Shown here: piece after piece, positions 48,673 through 55,056 of the stretch
Numbering within the stretch: the stretch's first letter is position 1
Layout of the letters: every line of letters begins with the position of its first letter
Source of the DNA: an uncultured Candidatus Saccharibacteria bacterium
GTDB lineage: Bacteria > Patescibacteriota > Minisyncoccia > Phycocordibacterales > SBAW01
DNA: 64,000 nt
Direction of reading: 5' to 3'
NCBI GenBank assembly: GCA_964424235.1
Contig: CAYRHY010000001.1
Coordinates: forward strand, 2,830-66,829
The notes under the pieces: generated by a model
What the model was told of the DNA's origin: nothing
Databases searched by the model: none
Seen by the model: the letters and a program-made list of their open reading frames with translations, nothing else
Program-made: the position numbers and the translations under genes

Positions 48673-48692
48673 GGCCGCTCTTTCGAGCGGCC
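48673..48692 (-). terminator. Terminator hairpin GGCCGCTC-TTTC-GAGCGGCC (copy 2)
   Basis: 8-bp stem, followed on the minus strand by AGUUUUUAUAAA; downstream of the MarR-like gene. Confidence 0.5.
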
Positions 48693-48721
48693 TTTCCTAT
48701 GTACTTATTTGTATTCCACAC

Positions 48722-49048
48722 TCACGCCTCACTCATTGCTCGGCGAAGCTTCCCAATAAATTCAGTGCCACGTTTGGTCAGCACCGCAATATTGCTGCAT
48801 GGGTTATGGGGATTACGCTTTCGCACCACAATATCCAAAACACGAAGTGCGTCGAGTGCACTCGTTACTCCCGATTGTTGGACACCAACCGCTTTTTCCA
48901 GAGCACCGACAGTGGGTGGCTTTTCACAAGCGCAGCAGGCCAAGAACACTCCGAGGTGCCTGAGTGTTAGATGTGTACTCTCCTTCTCCCTCACAACACA
49001 CAACACTACATTACGAAGCATGCGAAGTCTTGCATCTTCATCCATCAC
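48722..49048 (-). CDS. MarR-family winged-helix transcriptional regulator
   Basis: 108 aa; LTLRHLGVFLACCACEKPPTVGALEKAVGVQQSGVTSALDALRVLDIVVRKRNPHN. Confidence 0.55.
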   Translation of the reverse strand: MMDEDARLRMLRNVVLCVVREKESTHLTLRHLGVFLACCACEKPPTVGALEKAVGVQQSGVTSALDALRVLDIVVRKRNPHNPCSNIAVLTKRGTEFIGKLRRAMSEA

Positions 49049-49132
49049 ATCGTCCCCCCTATTTCTAGTGTACGAAATTTACTCTCACCACCGTGGCGGC
49101 AAACTTTCTGACATAACTATACAAGCAAATTG

Positions 49133-49217
49133 CGGAGAGGGTGAGATTCGAACTCACGGTACCTTGCGGCACGCCTGTTTTCAAGACAGGTGCTTTAGAC
49201 CACTCAGCCACCTCTCC
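49133..49217 (-). tRNA. tRNA-Ser (anticodon UGA), long variable arm
   Basis: GGAGAGGTGGCTGAGTGGTCTAAAGCACCTGTCTTGAAAACAGGCGTGCCGCAAGGTACCGTGAGTTCGAATCTCACCCTCTCCG; 85 nt, no CCA. Confidence 0.85.
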
Positions 49218-49280
49218 AATGCAGCACACAATACACTTTTTCTGCATTTTTAGCTACTTATTGCGTGTATACTTAGTGCT

Positions 49281-49787
49281 ATGCACGAAGGGATTCGGTG
49301 GCAGGTCTTCACCCACGAACAGCGCGATCGTTCAGTAGATTGGTACTGGGGATTTGGTATTTTGGCAGTGGTTGGTATTGGTCTGTGCGTCTATTTTAAT
49401 AATTTCCTTTTTGCGCTCATCCTCGCTCTAGCCTCACTCTCAATTGGGATTTTGCTTGCGCGCGGCCCCCGCGAGCACGAGGTACACGTGCACCCGCGCG
49501 GTGTGACGCTCGATGGCACCCTCTACCCCTACTCCTCTCTACAATCCTTTTGGGTTACGGTTGAAGATCCGTATCAGCTGGGTATCCCCCAGGAGTATCA
49601 CGAAGAATTTGAGCCACGCGCCCACCTCTTGCTTACCACCCACAGTTATATCCACCCTCACGTGACCATTCCACTGGATGATCTAGACCACGCTCAAGAA
49701 GTGCGTGATTATTTAGTCGCATACGTAACCGAAGAGGAGCAGGACCGCCACTTTAGTGAGCATATCGCTGAAGCTCTTGGTTTATAA
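49281..49787 (+). CDS. Hypothetical membrane protein
   Basis: 168 aa; two N-terminal TM helices. Confidence 0.35.
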   Translation: MHEGIRWQVFTHEQRDRSVDWYWGFGILAVVGIGLCVYFNNFLFALILALASLSIGILLARGPREHEVHVHPRGVTLDGTLYPYSSLQSFWVTVEDPYQLGIPQEYHEEFEPRAHLLLTTHSYIHPHVTIPLDDLDHAQEVRDYLVAYVTEEEQDRHFSEHIAEALGL

Positions 49788-49832
49788 GCAAATCTGGTGT
49801 ACTTTGAGTATGCTCAGCTTTCGTGAGCAGCT

Positions 49833-49904
49833 GCCCTCGTCGTTCAATGGATAGGACGCATCCTTGCGGAGGATGTAATGTGGGTTCGATTCCTGCCGAG
49901 GGCA
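49833..49904 (+). tRNA. tRNA-Arg-like element (anticodon GCG), possibly degenerate
   Basis: GCCCTCG TC GTTC AATGGATA GGAC G CATCC TTGCGGA GGATG TAAT GTGGG TTCGATT CCTGC CGAGGGC A; perfect acceptor and anticodon stems but T-stem has two G·U pairs and the GCG anticodon is unusual. Confidence 0.5.
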
Positions 49905-49993
49905 CTTGTGTAACAAGTGACCGAGCCTGGCGCCCCTTCGTAGCTTTAGCGAAGTGGGGCCGAGGACACTTGAAAGTAGAAAGGGTCTTAAAC

Positions 49994-50018
49994 AAAAATC
50001 CGCCCTAGGCGGATTTTT
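49994..50018 (+). terminator. Palindromic terminator AAAAATCCGCC-CTA-GGCGGATTTTT
   Basis: 11-bp stem flanked by A-run and T-run; downstream of the tRNA-like element on + and near the dinG 3' region on -. Confidence 0.4.
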
Positions 50019-50029
50019 GTTATTTATAA

Positions 50030-50073
50030 TGTTTTATTTATATAAAAATGACGGGTGGATTTCTCCACCCGTC
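50030..50073 (-). terminator. Rho-independent terminator of the dinG-like gene
   Basis: 10-bp stem GACGGGTGGA/TCCACCCGTC (50050-50073) followed on the minus strand by AUUUUUAUAUAAAUAAAAC. Confidence 0.5.
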
Positions 50074-50147
50074 CCGTACTGCGCATTACCGTTCCTGAGT
50101 CAAGTAAACCATACTGCTACTTACCAGGGGGCGCAGAGCCCAACCGT

Positions 50148-51932
50148 TTAGCCCAACAACTTCAGTGCATCACCCTCACACTGCGCGAAGGTCAGGTCAC
50201 CACGGTACGCAGGACGCAACCACTCAGGCAGAGATGCGAAGGCGAAACGCCGGAACTGTTGTGAGATAAGGAAGGTAACCCCGATGTCCGTTTCCGAACG
50301 GATATTCCGCCCACGAACCTGAAGCAGGTCCAGCATCACGCGCCAATTCCACAGCGACCACCGACGGCGACCGAAGCGCCTCTCCTCAAAACCTGCTTGC
50401 GGGTCCGTTGGATTAGGATAACCTGGCCGGAAGCTGAAGATGATCGGAGCAATCTGCTTCGGTAGATCGATACCCTCACCATAGTTAGCGACAGTACCGA
50501 CCAAACAGTCTCCTTCGCCACAGCGGAAGCGCGTTGCGCACTGCCGGGGTGTATGCCCTTTACCATAGGAAATTGCATTAAGCCCTTCCTCGGCCGCAAG
50601 CATGAGGAAATTTTCCCGCTCATCGTTTGAAACTACGATGATAAGCGAGCGATGCCCCTTGTTAGCGAACCGCTTCGCACTCCGAGCAATGAGACGTAGC
50701 ATGCGGGTTTTATCCCGTTTCTGTCGTCCTTTCACCGAAAGATCTGCGGTATCGGTAGGTAGGTAGATGCGCGCGTTCTTGGCGGGGAATGTTGACGGTA
50801 TCGAATGATACGCACCCTTGCTCCCCGTCTCGAACGCAAATACATCTGGGTCGCTTATAGTTGCCGAGTACGCCAGTGTACGCTTGGGGAGCAGCCTGCG
50901 GATAATGGGGACAACGTAGTAGTCCCTCACTACAACGCGATACTGCACCCGTTCCCGCTCACCCATCTCCGTCTTGCCATATGCTATGACGAAGGAGAGA
51001 GGGTAGCCACGTTCAGTCGCGCCCGTGAGAGCGTATTTCAACGCGTGACGAAACCGACGCACGCTTCGCGCGATTTCCTCCAACTGCTTGAGGACTTCAC
51101 GGTCATCGTCCGCATCAAGGTCGCCGCTGCGCAACGCTTTGCGGGTATCAGCTTCGAGCGCTTCAGGGTTAACATTGCTAAGTACGTCATAAAGCCGTTG
51201 CACGTCGTCTTCTTCCAACAGTGTCTCTTGGTCCATTGCGCGGCGTTTGACAAGACTCTTCATGCGCTTGAGGAATTCCCCTAGCGTGTGACACTGCCCT
51301 GAGCCCACAGCGTTGAGTGCCTCGATACCCTTGGCAAGCTTCCAGTCGGTGAGCTCCGTTGAGAGTACTAAGCGGATGGACTGTGCCAACCGATGTGCTT
51401 CGTCTATGACCACCCCTTGCGGTTCGAATTCTTGCGAGAACAAAACCACGAAGAGGTAGAAAGCGCTGGTGCACACCACGATGCCAGTGCTTTGCTTTGC
51501 TTCGTACTTTTGTCGAAGGTACGGGCATGGCAAAGTGCCAACAGTGTGCGTCTCACCGGTCTCCTGATCCACCCGATGTGGGCAGTCAGCGAGTATTGAA
51601 CACGGGATCTCGTCTGCCTTCAACTCTTGGCCGGGGTAGTAGAGACACGGATACTCGTTACGACCGTACACAACGCTCACATCTGGATGCAGGACCTTCA
51701 CCTGCTCAGCGAGAGTTTTGTTTGGCACGACATAGAACAGGCCGTGTTTACCCAGCCGCCCGAGAGCGGTGAGGTAGGTGTAGCCAATCGCGGTCTTGCC
51801 GCTCCCTGTTGGAAGTTCTAGCACAACGACGCCATCTTCCCTGCGGAGAATGGTGAGCGCTGTGATCTGCGCATCCTTCATGGAAGGATACCGATCGATA
51901 GGGAATGACCCAATCAGATCGAGATGTTGCAT
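50148..51932 (-). CDS. dinG: Rad3/XPD-type DinG-like ATP-dependent helicase with Fe-S cluster domain
   Basis: Walker A ELPTGSGKTAIG, four-Cys Fe-S insert (YPCLYYPGQELKADEIPCSILADCPHRV...LPCPY), DEAH box VIDEAHRL, C-terminal helicase motifs; start set at MQHLDLIG with GGAGAAA SD 8 nt upstream (ORF extends to 52046). Confidence 0.8.
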   Translation of the reverse strand: MQHLDLIGSFPIDRYPSMKDAQITALTILRREDGVVVLELPTGSGKTAIGYTYLTALGRLGKHGLFYVVPNKTLAEQVKVLHPDVSVVYGRNEYPCLYYPGQELKADEIPCSILADCPHRVDQETGETHTVGTLPCPYLRQKYEAKQSTGIVVCTSAFYLFVVLFSQEFEPQGVVIDEAHRLAQSIRLVLSTELTDWKLAKGIEALNAVGSGQCHTLGEFLKRMKSLVKRRAMDQETLLEEDDVQRLYDVLSNVNPEALEADTRKALRSGDLDADDDREVLKQLEEIARSVRRFRHALKYALTGATERGYPLSFVIAYGKTEMGERERVQYRVVVRDYYVVPIIRRLLPKRTLAYSATISDPDVFAFETGSKGAYHSIPSTFPAKNARIYLPTDTADLSVKGRQKRDKTRMLRLIARSAKRFANKGHRSLIIVVSNDERENFLMLAAEEGLNAISYGKGHTPRQCATRFRCGEGDCLVGTVANYGEGIDLPKQIAPIIFSFRPGYPNPTDPQAGFEERRFGRRRWSLWNWRVMLDLLQVRGRNIRSETDIGVTFLISQQFRRFAFASLPEWLRPAYRGDLTFAQCEGDALKLLG

Positions 51933-51950
51933 GGTCTGATTTCTCCAAGG

Positions 51951-51992
51951 TGTTGTAGAAAAAGTAGCGAGCGAGACAAATGTCTCGCTCGC
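51951..51992 (-). terminator. Strong hairpin plus U-run between hammerhead A and dinG start (terminator/attenuator candidate)
   Basis: 12-bp stem GCGAGCGAGACA/TGTCTCGCTCGC followed on the minus strand by UACUUUUUCUACAACA, ~20 nt before the dinG SD. Confidence 0.4.
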
Positions 51993-52057
51993 TCCGGACA
52001 CAACGCGAGTGGGCATTAGTGCACCTAATACTGGCCTACTGCACACTTATTAAAGAA

Positions 52058-52112
52058 CTCCCGATTTCGTCCTTTCGGACTCATCAGCCGCGACACACAT
52101 CGCGATATCGGG
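52058..52112 (-). ncRNA. Hammerhead ribozyme, type III (HHR-A)
   Basis: Minus strand: CCCGAU-A|UCGCGA-UGUGUG-UCGCGG-CUGAUGA-GUCC-GAAA-GGAC-GAAA-UCGGGAG. Complete core (C3U4G5A6U7G8A9, G10.1:C11.1, G12A13A14, A15.1:U16.1, H17=A); helices I, II and III all paired. Confidence 0.75.
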
Positions 52113-52203
52113 GTTGTCGGAGAGTCCCGAAGGACTCTCCAGACCCTAACAGTACATGACTGAACACTACCAGAACGCAGATTACTCAGCAGAACAGGAT
52201 TGG

Positions 52204-52560
52204 TTACTCAGAGAAATTTGATTCCCACCGCTCACTGATTTCAACCATAAGGCGTTGGGCAGCTTGTTGACTCTTTGTTGTAATTTGCATTTGCTGAGCT
52301 GCATTGCGAGCTACAAGTACAAGAAAAATTCGTTTACCTGGAATATAGCCAATAGCCCGTGGTGTTAAGGCAGCAGCGCCTGTAAAAATCTTTCCAAACG
52401 CTACCATTGTCACATCTGGGTTATCAACCAACCAATTAGCTAATGGGAGCGCTGCGGTAATAACTGTCCTGTGTTTGTATATCTTTTTATGGCTACACAC
52501 ATGAATGGCGTGCGCACCACGGTACTGATCGTCATTCTTTAGTGGCATCTTACACTCCAT
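52204..52560 (-). CDS. Hypothetical small protein (118 aa) embedded in the structured-RNA array between HHR-B and HHR-A
   Basis: MECKMPLKNDDQYRGAHAIHVCSHKK...; ATG immediately 3' of hairpin 52574-52599; no family recognised; coding status uncertain. Confidence 0.35.
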   Translation of the reverse strand: MECKMPLKNDDQYRGAHAIHVCSHKKIYKHRTVITAALPLANWLVDNPDVTMVAFGKIFTGAAALTPRAIGYIPGKRIFLVLVARNAAQQMQITTKSQQAAQRLMVEISERWESNFSE

Positions 52561-52667
52561 TTAGACAAAGAGTGTTGGGGAGTCTTAAGACTCCCCAACC
52601 CAGACCAGACTGCACGCCACTACACCTTGCGTTTCCTGACGATACGAGAAAAGCGACATCAAAGATC

Positions 52668-52723
52668 ATCTCGATTTCGCCCTTTTGGGCTCATCAGGCC
52701 GGACACACATCCGACTATCGAAA
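52668..52723 (-). ncRNA. Hammerhead ribozyme, type III (HHR-B)
   Basis: Minus strand: UUUCGAU-A|GUCGGA-UGUGUG-UCCGGC-CUGAUGA-GCCC-AAAA-GGGC-GAAA-UCGAGAU. Same core as HHR-A with compensatory changes in helices I (GUCGGA/UCCGGC), II (GCCC/GGGC) and III. Confidence 0.75.
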
Positions 52724-52811
52724 TGTCGGAGAGCACGAAAGCTCTCCGACCCACACGCTACAAGACTGTAGTCCGCAAAAGCGCACCGCGACGCACTCAA
52801 CATTAAAGGTA

Positions 52812-52864
52812 CTTCTGTTTCATCCTTTCGGAATCATCAGGCCGGACACACATCCGACTACAGA
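52812..52864 (-). ncRNA. Hammerhead ribozyme, type III (HHR-C), possibly weakened (U10.1·U11.1)
   Basis: Minus strand: UCUGU-A|GUCGGA-UGUGUG-UCCGGC-CUGAUGA-UUCC-GAAA-GGAU-GAAA-CAGAAG. Full core, but helix II opens with a U·U; helix I identical to HHR-B. Confidence 0.6.
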
Positions 52865-53370
52865 GGCAGAGAAATTTCCCTGCCACACTTACTTAAAAGA
52901 ACGAAGGGATTGGTGGGTGAAGTTTCCAACACCCACCCCAAACTGGGCCAAACGCAACTTAAGTCTACTTAGGCCAACAGAATCAGTTGTCGAGAGACAT
53001 CACGTCTCTCGACCCAAACAGTACCCTAGACTGCTCTAGCAGGCGGGAGCGAGGTGGACTGAGCCCTTCAGTAGTGAACTGCATTAGGTTGTCGGGAGAT
53101 AAAGATTCCCGACCCGAACCGGTCCTGACGCGAGCACACTGTTGTCTGCGCTTGCAATATTGAACCTTTCAGCAACAGCTGTCGGGAAGCCTTACGGCTC
53201 CCCAACCCATAGACCTGCATAACGAAGGGGACGCTGCTGAGCCCTTCTGTACTGGAGCAAACGACTCCTCGGTGCAAAAGTTTGTCGGAGAACTCAGAAA
53301 AGTCCTCCCATCTGAACCGCGGCATTTAGCTCCAGACCACTCGGCACAAAGCCGAGGAAAGCCTGACAGC

Positions 53371-54057
53371 TTAGGCCGCCAGCTTCACCTGCTGCTCCAT
53401 CTCGATGAAGTCAGTCACCCGGAACCGGCCGAACGGGCCGCGCTTACTGGGACGGAAATCTCCGAGACCGGAAAAGCGTCCGGCCGCATTGAACAGCTCC
53501 TGCACCTTCTCGATGGCGATCTGGTCGTGGTCAACCTCGATCGTGACGTCGAATGCCCAGGTCGGGAACTTTGGCCGCACGATGGCGACCGCCGCCCCGT
53601 TTGCTGCCAGCACGCCGCGACGCTTGTCGGCAATCCACTTCACCTCCGACTGGTTGAGGAACGGGATGAACCCGTCGCCCTTGTCGTCGATGAGGTCCGA
53701 CACAATCGAAAGGAATGCCGGTACCAGCGAGGATTCGCGTGTGGACACCTTGGTCTTCTTGTCGAAGATTATGTGCCGACCAGCATCCACGAGTGCAGCA
53801 AACAAATAGTTGGCTGGGAAGCCGAACTCTTTATTTGGTCCGAGACACAGCTTTTCCTTAGCCATGTCTTCTATTGACTGCTCCTTGGGCGGCTTACGCT
53901 TGCCCGCCGAGCCGTAGATCAACTCGTCCAACACTGCGTCGGTCATGGGGTTCTGCAGCATGGGCGAGATGCCCGCGCAGCTTACCAAGTACGTGCCGAT
54001 GCCGCTCTTCACGCTGGACTTCTGGTTGCTATTTGCCGAAGCTAGGGACTTGGCCAT
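53371..54057 (-). CDS. Hypothetical protein (228 aa) with glycine-rich C-terminal loop, first gene of the island
   Basis: Strong SD GGAGG 5 nt before ATG; sequence ...AGRFSGLGDFRPSKRGPFGRFRVTDF near the C-terminus resembles the G-rich loops of RAMP-type RNA-binding proteins. Resemblance only; no confident family. Confidence 0.55.
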   Translation of the reverse strand: MAKSLASANSNQKSSVKSGIGTYLVSCAGISPMLQNPMTDAVLDELIYGSAGKRKPPKEQSIEDMAKEKLCLGPNKEFGFPANYLFAALVDAGRHIIFDKKTKVSTRESSLVPAFLSIVSDLIDDKGDGFIPFLNQSEVKWIADKRRGVLAANGAAVAIVRPKFPTWAFDVTIEVDHDQIAIEKVQELFNAAGRFSGLGDFRPSKRGPFGRFRVTDFIEMEQQVKLAA

Positions 54058-54100
54058 ATGGCCCTCCGTAGGTTAGTTGTTACCGGAACAGCCAAAACAG

Positions 54101-54117
54101 GCCTCCGAAAAGGAGGC
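54101..54117 (-). terminator. Hairpin GCCTCC-GAAAA-GGAGGC between rpsT and the 228-aa gene (rpsT terminator candidate; -35/-10-like TTGACA...TATAGC just upstream on the minus strand)
   Basis: 6-bp GC stem with U-tracts on both sides; minus-strand TTGACA-N15-TATAGC precedes it. Confidence 0.35.
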
Positions 54118-54155
54118 TATATTAAAATTTGTTTTTTGTCAATAAATGTGTCGCT

Positions 54156-54398
54156 TTACGCCTTAAGGAGTTTGGCGATCTTTGCCTTGCGGCGAGCGGC
54201 GGTATTCTTCTTTATAATGCCGCGTTTGAGCGCCTTATCGATCGCCTTGTAGGCAGCGCTCAGTGCCACCTTGTCGCCCTTAGGAGCGAGGCGTGCTGTC
54301 TTGGTTGCTGCGCGCACAGCCTGCTTACGCACTTGATTCATAGTGCGCTTGCGCAGTGACTGGCGGTGAGCCTTTTTTGCACCTTTGGTAATTGCCAT
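54156..54398 (-). CDS. rpsT: 30S ribosomal protein S20
   Basis: 80 aa, Lys/Ala/Arg-rich MAITKGAKKAHRQSLRKRTMNQVRKQAVRAATK... typical S20. Confidence 0.85.
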   Translation of the reverse strand: MAITKGAKKAHRQSLRKRTMNQVRKQAVRAATKTARLAPKGDKVALSAAYKAIDKALKRGIIKKNTAARRKAKIAKLLKA

Positions 54399-54477
54399 AT
54401 GTGCGGGACACTATAGCAACATTTTCCCCATAGCGCAATAACTGGCTACCTTGGGGCGGGCACGGTAAGCTAGAGTC

Positions 54478-55056
54478 ATGATAGGTAAACTCACCGGCAC
54501 CCTCGACTCGCTTGAGGCGGGCCAGGCGCTCATCGACGTCTCGGGGGTGGGATATGTGGTCCGGGTGCCTACGGGATTTCAGAGCCTCCTCCCCCAAGGA
54601 GCTCGGGTGACTCTCTTTATATACACCGCGGTGCGCGAAGACGCGATCGATCTGTATGGCTTTACCAGCACAGAAGAGCTTGGGTTCTTTAAACTCCTGA
54701 TGGGTGTTTCCGGTGTGGGCCCTAAAACAGCGCTCGGCATCATGAGTGTTGCTGACGTGCTCTCGCTCAAACGTGCAATAGCGAAGGGTGACGCCGCAGC
54801 GCTCACCTCTACCTTTGGTATCGGCAAGAAAAGTGCAGAGCGCTTAGTGGTCGAGTTGCGCGATAAAATTAAACTACTGCCAGAGACTACTCCTGAAGCG
54901 ACTTCGGATGCTGACGTGATCGAAGCGCTCCAAGGTCTTGGCTATAGTGCAACTGAAAGCCGCAAGGCGCTGCGCGACATCTCCCCCGCTCTTGTGGGAA
55001 CGCGTGAGCGTTTAGCCGCCGCACTGCGCACTTTAGGAACCAACACAGCAGTATGA
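54478..55056 (+). CDS. ruvA: Holliday junction DNA helicase subunit RuvA
   Basis: MIGKLTGTLDSLEAGQALIDVSGVGYVVRVP, HhH motifs GVSGVGPKTALGI / GIGKKSAERL. Confidence 0.85.
   Translation: MIGKLTGTLDSLEAGQALIDVSGVGYVVRVPTGFQSLLPQGARVTLFIYTAVREDAIDLYGFTSTEELGFFKLLMGVSGVGPKTALGIMSVADVLSLKRAIAKGDAAALTSTFGIGKKSAERLVVELRDKIKLLPETTPEATSDADVIEALQGLGYSATESRKALRDISPALVGTRERLAAALRTLGTNTAV

Larger units (their letters stand above)
52116..53309 (-). repeat. Family of ~8 divergent but isostructural hairpins (minus-strand consensus GGGUYGGRGAG-loop-CUCYCCGACAAC) plus a duplicated ~190-nt two-hairpin module
   Basis: Hairpins at 52116-52146, 52574-52599, 52724-52752, 52865-52884, 52989-53013, 53091-53113, 53181-53207, 53284-53309. 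Stems differ by compensatory changes; several pairs are G·U on the minus strand but A·C on the plus strand. Modules 53121-53317 and 52925-53120 align (shared CUGAAGGGCUCAG motif). Confidence 0.65.

Noticed and set aside
52542-53039. 165-aa plus-strand ORF (and 85-aa ORF 53068-53325) covering the structured-RNA array
   Set aside because: These run antisense or across the hairpin and ribozyme units. Stem G·U pairs and the hammerhead cores make sense only on the minus strand, and the predicted peptides are low-complexity (P/T/H-rich) products of translating the repeats.
52050-53370. Possible CRISPR array between the RAMP-like 228-aa gene and dinG
   Set aside because: The repeats are not identical; they are isostructural with compensatory changes and vary in length and spacing; no Cas6/Cas7/Cas8 genes are present. 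The region is better described as a structured-RNA array with hammerhead ribozymes.
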